From positions 1 to 60,251 of the IMG/VR virus record IMGVR_UViG_3300009160_000004: a DNA stretch of 60,251 nucleotides. One strand, written 5' to 3'. Shown piece by piece: positions 41,437 through 50,821 of this stretch. The position numbers were made by a program, and so were the translations under genes. The notes beneath the pieces are model-generated. The model saw only the letters and a list, made by a program, of their open reading frames with translations, was not told where the DNA came from and did no database searches. This DNA comes from a virus. Its lineage: Duplodnaviria; Caudoviricetes. Position 1 is the first letter of the stretch. The number at the start of each line of letters is the position of its first letter.

Positions 41437-42208
41437 TTGGCTTTAAATACGTCAATGTTGTCAATTGCGGAATGACTCTTAGTCTTACTGGAAGCTCAAC
41501 TGTGCTTTCTTCGTAGTCAATCGTGCAATCGCTTTTCCAAGTAAAGTTCTGGAAGTACGGCACTTTCACAGTCGCTTCGATATCGACGTTGGCTAGGAGA
41601 GCGCGTGTTGCGCGCCGGCCCTGCGCTCCGCCAGCAACGCCACCAAAAAACTGATCGCCTTCATTGATAACAATCTGGCCAACGGCCGCTGGGGGCGGAA
41701 TGCGACCTCCGACAGAATCCCCCGAAGGAGACACGGGGACAGGAAACCCATTCATGTATTCAATGGTCATGTTTTGCGTGCTGACGGTGTTGTATTGGGC
41801 GTTGTCTGCAAATGTGTTGTCAAAAAATGAATTGCCTCCGACGTTAAAAGTCGGGCCACCGTAGTACTCGTTCGCAAAAAACTCTTGGTTCGTTGGAAAG
41901 GAAAACTCCGCGCCGCCGTAATTTGTGTTGTACCAACTGCCGTTGGAGTACGACCCTATCCCAGGAGCCTCAAAATAGTACTGGTTATAGTTCTGAGGGA
42001 AAAGCTCTTGGTATTGCTGCGGGTTCCACGCTGGCCCGCCAACCACCCCCTTGGTATTTGGCGGCTCGCGAGGGGCAAGGTTCACATCCCCGCGATGCGC
42101 AAGCGGCTGCTGGCAATTGCCGAGCGCCTGCATGAGAGAGCGGACGGCGCTGTCCGGAAGTGCGCCGGAGAGGGCGTTGACGAGTGCTGGAACTTGCTGC
42201 GTAAACAT
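41429..42208 (-). CDS. Tail-associated structural protein
   Basis: Follows the nozzle gene; N/Y/F/G-rich. Confidence 0.65.
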   Translation of the reverse strand: MFTQQVPALVNALSGALPDSAVRSLMQALGNCQQPLAHRGDVNLAPREPPNTKGVVGGPAWNPQQYQELFPQNYNQYYFEAPGIGSYSNGSWYNTNYGGAEFSFPTNQEFFANEYYGGPTFNVGGNSFFDNTFADNAQYNTVSTQNMTIEYMNGFPVPVSPSGDSVGGRIPPPAAVGQIVINEGDQFFGGVAGGAQGRRATRALLANVDIEATVKVPYFQNFTWKSDCTIDYEESTVELPVRLRVIPQLTTLTYLKPSD

Positions 42209-44811
42209 CAGGACACACCATCCACAGTGAGGCCGTACAATTTCACCGCATTGGCTGGCTGCGAGGATGCCTGCGTCCCAGCCATCGCAATAGCGACATG
42301 CCTGTCGCCACCGACATTATGCTCGTCGCGGTGACCGGACAGATACGCACGCGCAAATCCGTTTGCGTCACCAAGGGGAGAGCGACCGCGACCCATGTTA
42401 AGCGTGGACTGCGTTCCTGCCGACAGGAATCCTCCACGGTCGCTGACGATTGCGTTCGCGCGCGGAGTTGGAGAATTGTTGTAGTGCAACCGCAATTGCA
42501 GATTGGCGTCGTTTTGCGTCGGCTCGTACAGCAATCCAACGGATCGGCTGCCCTTGTCGCCGTCCGTAATGGTGAAATTGCCGGTACGGAATTCGTACGG
42601 GATCGGAGAGCCTGGAGCATCCACATGGCCGGATGAATTTGTGAAGGTTCCGTCGCCCATGCCGTACAAAGAGACCTGTTTCCCAGACACCTGACCGACC
42701 GTTCCAGCAGTGACCGCGACGGGATATGTCTCCTCCCACCACGCCTTAGTCGCCGCGCAGTAGCACAGCGCGCGTGTTGAAAGCGACTCTCCCTGTCGGC
42801 AGTAGAAGAAGCGGATGACCTTGGAGTTCTGGTCGGCCGACACAAAGAAGACGCTGGACGCAGGGAAGTAGATCAGGCCGTCGCGCCAATAGTTGTCGAT
42901 GGGAAGGGAGACAGCCGCTTCGGTCTGCCCGTCGAAGGCGTACATGCCGTAGCTGTCTGCGATGTACGCTACTCCGCCCAGCACGGCAAAGCACCTGCTG
43001 TTTAGCATGCCGCGATACGCTGCGAGCGTAATGGATGCATCGATAACCGGCTGCGAGACGTACTGCAACTTGTACAGATGACGAGATTGGCAAATCAGCA
43101 GTGCGGCACCCAGTGGAACAAGACCGACAATGGCGTCCGGATCACCTGCGTTTTCTTGCAGAACAAGTTCGTTTTCTTCCGGCACGCTCTCTGGCTCATC
43201 GATCTCCGAGAACAAGAGTGCATTGGGGCGCTCTCCGGTCGTGTCCACGGCATACCACGCGCGGTCCTGGAAGACGCATCCGACTGCGAAGCTCCCTGGG
43301 AGGACGCCGAAGCGCCTGGCGTTTAGCTGGCCGGAAGGCAGTACGACTGGCATCAGTCCGTAGTCGGCGCGCGTTGTGTCTTTAAGATCATCGTCCGAAA
43401 GCGTGTCGGAATACGCCCCGAAGAATCCTCCGTCCGTGCGTTGGATGGTGGCAACCCTGAACAACACCACGGACTGATCGGCTGTCGTGCGCCACAGTTC
43501 CATGGCGGTTACGCGATCTTCAATGCCCGGATGCGTGAACGACCACGTAATGCTTGGCGCACCCGATGAAGTTTCGACCTCCACAAGGTCTGAGATGGAG
43601 GACGGAATGGGTCCGTTGCGGGATTCCGGCGTGGAGTCAAGATAGCGAATACAGCAAAGATACTTGCCGCTGATTGCGCTGGACATGGTGGCCGTGAGCT
43701 TGGCCTGCGTGTCCCTAATGACGGCAGTCGGCACTTGGAAGTACTGCCCGCCAGCAGTCACGGAGACTGTCGATACCGAACCGTTTAGCAACGACGCTCC
43801 GGCGGCAGCGCCAGCGCCATCGGGATCGTCTGCGGCTGGGGTAAACGTAATGACGGGCGGCGATACAAACCCGGCTCCTCCAGTGACAGCCGTGACACTG
43901 GCCACTCGGTATGACATAGACACGCGCACCTGCGCGCCAGTGCCTCCTCCCCCCAGGACACTTGCTGTCACGCCGCTCGTCGTAGCGCCGGTTCCGCCGG
44001 AGATGAGGCGGATCGTGTCCACTTTACCATCTGCAACTGCCGCAACGGCCACGGCAGATGTCAGCCCTTGCGCAGTGGAGAAGAGGACTGTCGGGGCCCC
44101 AGTGTAACCAGTGCCTTGGTTGGTGATCGTGGCCGCGTAGACAGTTCCCAGAACGCCAACGGACAGTTGCGCCCCGCCAGCGATTCCGCCGTCCACAGAA
44201 ACCGTGGGTGTGGTGGAGTACCCTTCCCCGCCGTCAGTGACAACGACGCTTGTCACTCGCCCATTTGTGATCGTGGCTTTCGCCTTGGCGTTTGCGCTGG
44301 GGCTGCCGCCCGTAAAACTCACGGTTGGGACGTTGTTGTACCCTACGCCAGGAGAAACGATCTGGATGTCTTTGACGTACCTTGCTCCGCCGCCAGTAGA
44401 CGCGACGATAGTCGGCCCAACAGCCGGCTTCTGGATTCCGATTCGGTCAACTACGGCCTTGTCGCCGTCCCAGCGGATTCCCCGCCCCATGCCGTCCACG
44501 CCGTACATGTCATTGAAACGGCCCTTCAGGAACGCCATCGGGCGAATAGGGCCGGTGTACGCAAACGCCGTTGCGGCAGCGCCGGTGCCGCCGTTACCAG
44601 AGAACTGCACTTCCGGCGACCCTGTGTAGCCAGTGCCAGATGCAGTGATGACCACAGACTCCACGGCCGTTCCGGCCATGTGTGCAACGGCCGCAGCGCC
44701 CGTCCCACCGCCGCCGACAATCGCGACGTTAGGCGGAGCGGTGTAGCCAGTTCCGCCAGCGACGAGCGACACGGAGACAACGCGATTAGGGGAACGAGTG
44801 GAGATAATCAT
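42208..44811 (-). CDS. Tail nozzle/hub-like protein with G.GYT..P.V repeats
   Basis: Propeller-like C-terminal part (LLFSEIDEPESVP, IVGLVPLG); repeated GTGYT motifs. Confidence 0.7.
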   Translation of the reverse strand: MIISTRSPNRVVSVSLVAGGTGYTAPPNVAIVGGGGTGAAAVAHMAGTAVESVVITASGTGYTGSPEVQFSGNGGTGAAATAFAYTGPIRPMAFLKGRFNDMYGVDGMGRGIRWDGDKAVVDRIGIQKPAVGPTIVASTGGGARYVKDIQIVSPGVGYNNVPTVSFTGGSPSANAKAKATITNGRVTSVVVTDGGEGYSTTPTVSVDGGIAGGAQLSVGVLGTVYAATITNQGTGYTGAPTVLFSTAQGLTSAVAVAAVADGKVDTIRLISGGTGATTSGVTASVLGGGGTGAQVRVSMSYRVASVTAVTGGAGFVSPPVITFTPAADDPDGAGAAAGASLLNGSVSTVSVTAGGQYFQVPTAVIRDTQAKLTATMSSAISGKYLCCIRYLDSTPESRNGPIPSSISDLVEVETSSGAPSITWSFTHPGIEDRVTAMELWRTTADQSVVLFRVATIQRTDGGFFGAYSDTLSDDDLKDTTRADYGLMPVVLPSGQLNARRFGVLPGSFAVGCVFQDRAWYAVDTTGERPNALLFSEIDEPESVPEENELVLQENAGDPDAIVGLVPLGAALLICQSRHLYKLQYVSQPVIDASITLAAYRGMLNSRCFAVLGGVAYIADSYGMYAFDGQTEAAVSLPIDNYWRDGLIYFPASSVFFVSADQNSKVIRFFYCRQGESLSTRALCYCAATKAWWEETYPVAVTAGTVGQVSGKQVSLYGMGDGTFTNSSGHVDAPGSPIPYEFRTGNFTITDGDKGSRSVGLLYEPTQNDANLQLRLHYNNSPTPRANAIVSDRGGFLSAGTQSTLNMGRGRSPLGDANGFARAYLSGHRDEHNVGGDRHVAIAMAGTQASSQPANAVKLYGLTVDGVS

Positions 44812-47800
44812 GTCGGTTCCGCGAACGCCCTTTCTGGCGGCGTAAACTCGCCAAAATATCTCCCGCCAGCCGTGACACGCAGCGTCTCCAAGTACGCGAG
44901 GTTGGTGGGCGCCATGAAATATTGCAGCCCGGATGTCGCGGCAATCCCACGGAAAGTACCTGTAAAATACAGATTGTCGTAGAATGGGCAGTTGACTCCA
45001 TTAGTGCATCCGTGCGTGGCGCACGGATATGTGTTGCTACTATTCCGAACAACGCGATCCGCGGCTGGCATGTTAGCATTCCACGACGAATACGAGGAAA
45101 CGGCCGTAAGGGCGCGACCGTTCAGATAAACGCGAAGCGTATTATTTGCTGTATAGAAGAGCTTTTTCTGGGAAAACTCCACGGCAAGGTGAACCCATTG
45201 GTCAATGGCGTCATCTGAAATTGTAAAGTCGCTGCGGATGTAGTCGCTTTGATTTGTGACGCAGCCAGCGCCAGCAAATTCATTTGTATACGCGCGAACG
45301 ATTAGCCTATATGGCGTTGTTGTCCCGGACGTTGGCAGCAACTGCGCGTCAACGTAAACGTGCCCATGCTCTGGGTTGGACGTTCCTCGCTGGTTCTCGT
45401 AAACGACGGGAATGTATTTGAAAGACGTAGTGTTGATGCTAACGCCTTGCAGGTTGTTCCCAGTTCTCTGCACGCCGAAGAGGTAGCGGGCTGATGAACC
45501 CAAGCCTAACGCGGCTTGCACCCACGCCTCGCAGGTCAAAACATCGTCGGATCCGTAGTCGTATCTCCCACTCGCCGTACTTGCCGCCCCGGCAGTGGAA
45601 AATGCGCGATAGATAAACGGAGTATTTAGCGTCACGTACGCATCTCCGAATCTCCCAGTTCCCGTTGGCTGCGGGGACGAGGAGGAAATCAGCGACGTTG
45701 TCAGCTGACCGCTACGCTCGCGAACGATAGACTTTCGCGACTGCGTGTCGTACAGAAACGTCACGCGGTCCCACGCGGAGTCGGCGTACGTTCCCGGAGC
45801 AGTCAGTGATGCGGTCACGCCGGTTGGCGTTCCGCTGACCGCCGTCCCACCGGCCGTTGATGCCGACGCACGCAACAGGAACGACACTGACGGAGGCTTG
45901 GAGATGTAGAAGCGAGCAAGCCCCCACTTGTGGTCTGGGTGGTATAACGTGGAATACGAACTTGGCGTCGGGAGCAGCAGACTGCTCCGCTTGTATTTCA
46001 TTGTTGTTGGATGCAAAACGCCAGTATGCTCGCCAATAGTAGACCACGTACTGCCGCTATTGGTGCTAACCTCCAATAGAAGCGAGTCGGAATGATCAAC
46101 ACCAACGGATGGCATGATGATGTCTTGGATGATCCGCCCGTCATCAAACTTGGGCGTGAGGAATGTTGGCGCTGTGGTGACAGTTCCGGCCTGCGCAGTG
46201 ACCGTCGTGTCGGCCGTCACGGAGCCCGCAAAATTGCCAACTCGCACCGTGAGCGTGCGGGATCCTGCCGCGCCTGTCGGGAACGTGATTGTTTTGGCAG
46301 AAAGGTCCGTGGCGACATTTGCAAACTCTATTCCGCCCTCCAGCCCCGCCGCCGCCAGCACGCCCGTTCCTGCGTTGGATACGGCCCACGTTACGGTCAC
46401 GTATCCCGCCGAAACAGCCGAAGTCAGCGTCAGCCCTGTCGGGGCGACGGAGACCGCCTGATCGACAAGCGCGAGAGAATATGGGCTAGGCCCAACAGTA
46501 GTGATTGTTGAGACACGGAAGTTGTATCTCTTGGCCGACGAAAGCTGGTCGGTGATCGTGTAAGTGTTCGCGGCCGTTGTGCCGGTGGCGTTGATCCATG
46601 CCGTCGCGTTGGCTTCTTGGTACTGGACGCTATGCCCGGTGACAGTCGATCCATACGTCGCGCCAATCGTCCACCGCAAGGAGATTGAATTAGAAAACTC
46701 TGCGGTAGCCGTGCGAGACGTAATCGAAAGAGACGTTGGCGCAACGGCAACGCGGCCGGGGTACACGGCGTTGGATTGCGTGCTGTACGGGCCAGTGAAG
46801 TTGCGGTTGTTGACGGCTGCTACGCGGACAACGTACTCGTTGCCATTAACCAGCCCTGCAATCGTCGCCGGGGAGGCCGGGACCGTCCCGTAAGTACTCC
46901 ACGTAGATGCGGACGTTTGCTTGTACTGAATGACGTATCCGGTAATCTCAGCACCGCCGTTATTCGATGGCGTCGTCCACGACGCGGTGATTTGCATGTT
47001 CCCGCCAGTCGCGTTGGCGCCAGTCGGCGCAGTCGGCGCGCCAACTGGCGTGACGGCCGCGCCTGCTGTGCTGTAATTGCCAGTACCGACTGACGAAACC
47101 GCAGCTACGCGAAACAAGTACGCGGTGCCGTTGGTGAGCCCATTGACAGTAGTTTGCGTGTTAGTGCTGGAGCCATCGCTGAACGTCGCCCAAGTGCTTC
47201 CTGAGTTGGAGCTGTACTGGATGACATAGTCAATGATGGCAGAGCCGCCAGTGTCCGCAGGGGCGGCCCAGCGGACGAGCGACAGTCCGTCACCGGATGT
47301 CCCCGTGACGCTGGTTGGCGCCAGCGGAACTGTCTGCGGAACCAGTGCGCTGCTAGTGACTGTCGCGCTAGCGCCCTCTGAATTTACTGCCGCCACGCGG
47401 TAGCGATATGAGCTTCCGTTGGTGAGCCCCGTCGCCGTGTAGTTGGTCGCAGTGCTGGCGCTGCGCGTGATGACGGAGTAGGAGCCGCTGTTGACAGACA
47501 CCTCAATTTGATAATCAGTGATTGCGGCACCGCCCGTCACCGCAGGCGCAGCCCAAGAGAGTGCGACCTGCGCATTTCCGGCAGTTCCTGCCAGACTGGT
47601 CGGGGCGTTAGGGGTGGTGCGAGGAATGACCGCGGATGTCGCAGAGGAGTACGGGCCAGTGCCCACGGCGTTGACGGCCGCCACGCGATACCGATAGGAG
47701 CTTCCGTTGGTCAGGCCAGTGACCGCAAGCGATGTATCTGCGCTCGTGCCGTCACTTATTGTTGTCCAAGTTGACCCCCCATCGGTGGACTGCTGAATAA

Positions 47801-48776
47801 CATAATCTGTGATTCCACCAGCGTGATTCGCTGGTGGCGCCGACCATAGCAGCGAGGCTTGCTGGTTTCCGTGCGAGGCCGATAGCGAAGACACCTGACC
47901 AGGAACGCCTAGCGGAAGAATTGGGGTCATCCACGCTATAAACTCGCTGCCTGCAATTGCGTTGCTGGCGGCCACGCGAAACACGTACGGCGACCCGTTG
48001 GTCAGCCCAGTGACTGTTGCAGTAGTTGCTGTCGATGTGCCGTCGCTGAACGTCGCCCATGTCGCGCCGCCGTTGCCGCTGTATTGCACGACGTAATCGG
48101 TGATCGCGGAACCGCCGTTATTCGATGGCGCAGTCCACGACAGCACGGCCTGCGCGTTGCCGGGTGAGGCAGTCAGGCTTGTTGGAGAACCTGGCGCGCC
48201 GACCGGAGTCACGGAGCTTGAGGCAACAGTGTAGTTGCCAATTCCGTACGCATTGGTGGACGCAACGCGGAACACGTACGTCGTGCCGTTAGCGAGGCCA
48301 GTGAGGGCGGCGCTGGTTTCTGATGACGATGCCGCAAACGTCCACGTTGCGCCGCCATCCGAAGATCGCTGCACTGAGTACGCGGTCACGCCGCCACCGC
48401 CGGAGAATTCCGGCTCATCCCAATCCAGCGTGGCCGAGCCGCTTCCGGCAGACGCCGTGAGATTCCTGGGGATTCCAGGAACTCCTGAAAAAGACGGTGG
48501 TATGCCACCAGCTGGCACTTGTGTGGAATATACGGCGCCAACGGCGTCTTGGTAAACAATCCCACCACCAGCAGATCGCTGATAATTAAACGCAGAGATC
48601 ACGGGCTGCGTTGCGACGGCAGTCGAAGCAAACGTCACGGCCTGAAGCCCAGGACGAACGGTCAACTGGCCTGGGGCTACGGACTGGAGGTTTACCTGCG
48701 TGACTGCCGCGCCAGGGGGAATGGAATACGGACTGGCATTCGTGACCAGACCGGCCCACTTTTCGACTGTGATCAT
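44808..48776 (-). CDS. Tail fibre/adhesin with tandem FN3 domains and C-terminal LamG-like domain
   Basis: At least 7 repeats of W..P...GG..ITDY...GLTNG..Y.FRV.A.N; TCEAWV, QWVHLA, RVYLNG. Confidence 0.85.
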   Translation of the reverse strand: MITVEKWAGLVTNASPYSIPPGAAVTQVNLQSVAPGQLTVRPGLQAVTFASTAVATQPVISAFNYQRSAGGGIVYQDAVGAVYSTQVPAGGIPPSFSGVPGIPRNLTASAGSGSATLDWDEPEFSGGGGVTAYSVQRSSDGGATWTFAASSSETSAALTGLANGTTYVFRVASTNAYGIGNYTVASSSVTPVGAPGSPTSLTASPGNAQAVLSWTAPSNNGGSAITDYVVQYSGNGGATWATFSDGTSTATTATVTGLTNGSPYVFRVAASNAIAGSEFIAWMTPILPLGVPGQVSSLSASHGNQQASLLWSAPPANHAGGITDYVIQQSTDGGSTWTTISDGTSADTSLAVTGLTNGSSYRYRVAAVNAVGTGPYSSATSAVIPRTTPNAPTSLAGTAGNAQVALSWAAPAVTGGAAITDYQIEVSVNSGSYSVITRSASTATNYTATGLTNGSSYRYRVAAVNSEGASATVTSSALVPQTVPLAPTSVTGTSGDGLSLVRWAAPADTGGSAIIDYVIQYSSNSGSTWATFSDGSSTNTQTTVNGLTNGTAYLFRVAAVSSVGTGNYSTAGAAVTPVGAPTAPTGANATGGNMQITASWTTPSNNGGAEITGYVIQYKQTSASTWSTYGTVPASPATIAGLVNGNEYVVRVAAVNNRNFTGPYSTQSNAVYPGRVAVAPTSLSITSRTATAEFSNSISLRWTIGATYGSTVTGHSVQYQEANATAWINATGTTAANTYTITDQLSSAKRYNFRVSTITTVGPSPYSLALVDQAVSVAPTGLTLTSAVSAGYVTVTWAVSNAGTGVLAAAGLEGGIEFANVATDLSAKTITFPTGAAGSRTLTVRVGNFAGSVTADTTVTAQAGTVTTAPTFLTPKFDDGRIIQDIIMPSVGVDHSDSLLLEVSTNSGSTWSTIGEHTGVLHPTTMKYKRSSLLLPTPSSYSTLYHPDHKWGLARFYISKPPSVSFLLRASASTAGGTAVSGTPTGVTASLTAPGTYADSAWDRVTFLYDTQSRKSIVRERSGQLTTSLISSSSPQPTGTGRFGDAYVTLNTPFIYRAFSTAGAASTASGRYDYGSDDVLTCEAWVQAALGLGSSARYLFGVQRTGNNLQGVSINTTSFKYIPVVYENQRGTSNPEHGHVYVDAQLLPTSGTTTPYRLIVRAYTNEFAGAGCVTNQSDYIRSDFTISDDAIDQWVHLAVEFSQKKLFYTANNTLRVYLNGRALTAVSSYSSWNANMPAADRVVRNSSNTYPCATHGCTNGVNCPFYDNLYFTGTFRGIAATSGLQYFMAPTNLAYLETLRVTAGGRYFGEFTPPERAFAEPT

Positions 48777-49888
48777 GTGCCCTCGTCGGGTTTGAGTGGG
48801 CTTCTCCAGCCGCCATCGTGCCACACTTCCCTGGACCGGCCGGAGAGAGGAGCAAGCTGATCCATCTCCATGGCCAATCTGAGATCCCGCTGGTACATGG
48901 AGAAGGCGTTGTCCGGCTTTTGATTTCGGACCCGTGCCAGCCAGTACTCCGCCGCAGAGTAGATGACGTTGTGCATGTGCGGCGGAACGTCAATGGGATC
49001 AGTGATCAGATACTTGGTAGTTCCTGCAATTGTCCCGGAGGTTTCGGTGGTCATGGATGTGGTCGAAGCGACATCGGTGATCTTCGACTCCGAGAACCAC
49101 GGGGTGATCGATGTGATCGGGCCGGGAATGTTGGTGGTGTCCCCAACACGGAGGACGGAGCCAATCATGCCGGGAGAGAACTGCGTGCTTGTGCCCGTGA
49201 CTGCGGTAGTGGAGCGGGCAATCGTTCCGGCCCGCACGGACGCTTCGTGACCAGAGAACCGCAAGCCACGGGCAGTCCTCCGGTAAATGAAGTCAATCGT
49301 CTCGGCCTGGGTCGGATAGCCCAGGAGTTTGATTGCCCAGCCATCGGACGCCGGGTCTTTGATGACAGTCCAGTGGTACGGACGGCCGGAGGAGTTGGCC
49401 ACCCGCTCCAACTTCATCGCAATGTCCGGGGTCACATACAGGCCGGACCACCAGTTGAATTCGTCGGACGGCTCATCCAGATTCCGGAAATCTGCCGGGA
49501 GCGGGTAGGTCACCCGATACAGGGTGTACGCCGTGCCGGCCGAGATGTTCCCAGTGAAACCGATATCCAGGGTGGCGACAGTACTGGACGAGGTGGACAA
49601 AATCCGCCCGATTGTGTCCCCGATGCGGATATGGGCTCCAGAGGCCCAGGAAGGCCACGTAGCGCCCGCCAGCGTGACGGTGGACCCGGACACCTGTACA
49701 GTACCAGTGCCCTGCGGAAGGCTTGTAATGAGCCGTCCGTGGACATGGTAGTACGCCCAGTCGCGAATCTGGGTAACTTCCGCATAGGACCGCTGCACGG
49801 CCGTCCGGATGTCCCGCTGTTCCGCGTCCTGGGGCCCGCCGAAGGACGACGTAATCAGGTGTTCTACTACGTCAAAATAGGTAAGCAT
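48773..49888 (-). CDS. Head-tail adaptor (podoviral gp11/gp4-like) with inserts
   Basis: TYPLPADF, IDVPPHMHNVI..AAEY; position before the nozzle. Confidence 0.7.
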   Translation of the reverse strand: MLTYFDVVEHLITSSFGGPQDAEQRDIRTAVQRSYAEVTQIRDWAYYHVHGRLITSLPQGTGTVQVSGSTVTLAGATWPSWASGAHIRIGDTIGRILSTSSSTVATLDIGFTGNISAGTAYTLYRVTYPLPADFRNLDEPSDEFNWWSGLYVTPDIAMKLERVANSSGRPYHWTVIKDPASDGWAIKLLGYPTQAETIDFIYRRTARGLRFSGHEASVRAGTIARSTTAVTGTSTQFSPGMIGSVLRVGDTTNIPGPITSITPWFSESKITDVASTTSMTTETSGTIAGTTKYLITDPIDVPPHMHNVIYSAAEYWLARVRNQKPDNAFSMYQRDLRLAMEMDQLAPLSGRSREVWHDGGWRSPLKPDEGT

Positions 49889-49908
49889 GACCTCTCCGGT
49901 GCCTACCT

Positions 49909-49919
49909 ACTACTGTCCC
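49909..49919 (-). promoter_or_regulatory. Candidate late promoter motif GGGACAGTAGT
   Basis: 20 nt upstream of ATG 49888. Confidence 0.5.
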
Positions 49920-49947
49920 TCCACGGCCGTTCCTTCGCTCAAGAGCG

Positions 49948-50217
49948 TCACTGCGCCCGCGACGGCGGGTAAACGGCACGACCGACAGAGAAGTTTGCTT
50001 CCAGCACAGTGCAGTCCTTGCTCCCAAGTTTCACGCACCTACTGATGGCGTCGTTCTTCTTTACGAAAACGGTTGCCTGCCGCAAAGTCCTCATCCACCC
50101 GTGACCGTTGCGCCAAAACAGCGGATCGCCGTTCCAGCCCTTTGACTCCACCACCCAGCCGCAGCCGTAGGCAAGCGACGGCGAGCCTTGATCCGATTCC
50201 TTCGTGATGGCGTCCAT
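49948..50217 (-). CDS. Hypothetical protein
   Basis: GAGG SD; MDAITKE... Confidence 0.55.
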   Translation of the reverse strand: MDAITKESDQGSPSLAYGCGWVVESKGWNGDPLFWRNGHGWMRTLRQATVFVKKNDAISRCVKLGSKDCTVLEANFSVGRAVYPPSRAQ

Positions 50218-50243
50218 CGCGTCCCTCTTTGATTTCAGTAGCG

Positions 50244-50447
50244 TCAAATGTCCAGCATCTCGGCCGGGATCATCTCGCGTATCTGCTCGGCCAGCCGTCG
50301 CTCCTCTGCGGTCGGCTCGCCATGCTTGCACAGGCTGCGGCAGGTCTGGTCGATCTGCCACAAGACCTGCATCGCCTCGCTGCCCAGCCTCGCGGCGTCG
50401 TACTCGGCCTGCTCGTCGGGCAACGAGAACTTCAATGTGGCGATCAC
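50244..50447 (-). CDS. Conserved phage hypothetical protein
   Basis: ATLKFSLPDEQ...LWQIDQ..R...KH pattern. Confidence 0.75.
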   Translation of the reverse strand: MIATLKFSLPDEQAEYDAARLGSEAMQVLWQIDQTCRSLCKHGEPTAEERRLAEQIREMIPAEMLDI

Positions 50448-50489
50448 GGATATACCGTAAGTGGATTCCTGGCGATCAAACCGAAGAAC

Positions 50490-50517
50490 ATTCTACCGGG
50501 TGAGTCACGCCGCGCAA
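50490..50517 (-). promoter_or_regulatory. Possible sigma70-type promoter
   Basis: TTGCGC-N16-TAGAAT. Confidence 0.45.
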
Positions 50518-50552
50518 TGCCATCCCCGACGCCACACTGGTGCTGTAGCGAA

Positions 50553-50813
50553 CTAAACCGGCTGGTAGAGTTCGCTGCCGATTTCCTCTACCGCACCGCT
50601 TGCTAGCAACCCTGGCAGCATGGCCGCTACCGCATCATACGCCACAAACTCAGGGCGAACGGCTAGAAGAATCCGGCCCTCTGAGTCACGCGGTGCAACG
50701 TCGGCCGGGTCGATGCACGTTGTCGGCGGCACATGCCCCCACGCGGCGTCCAAGGCGAGCCTTACCTGCTCGTAAAGCGCAGCGTCAGAGGTTCGGAAAT
50801 AGCGTTGCGTCAT
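50553..50813 (-). CDS. Hypothetical protein, possible fibre partner or chaperone
   Basis: Directly follows the LamG protein; RYFR...LDAAWGH. Confidence 0.7.
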   Translation of the reverse strand: MTQRYFRTSDAALYEQVRLALDAAWGHVPPTTCIDPADVAPRDSEGRILLAVRPEFVAYDAVAAMLPGLLASGAVEEIGSELYQPV

Positions 50814-50821
50814 GTCTGAAC

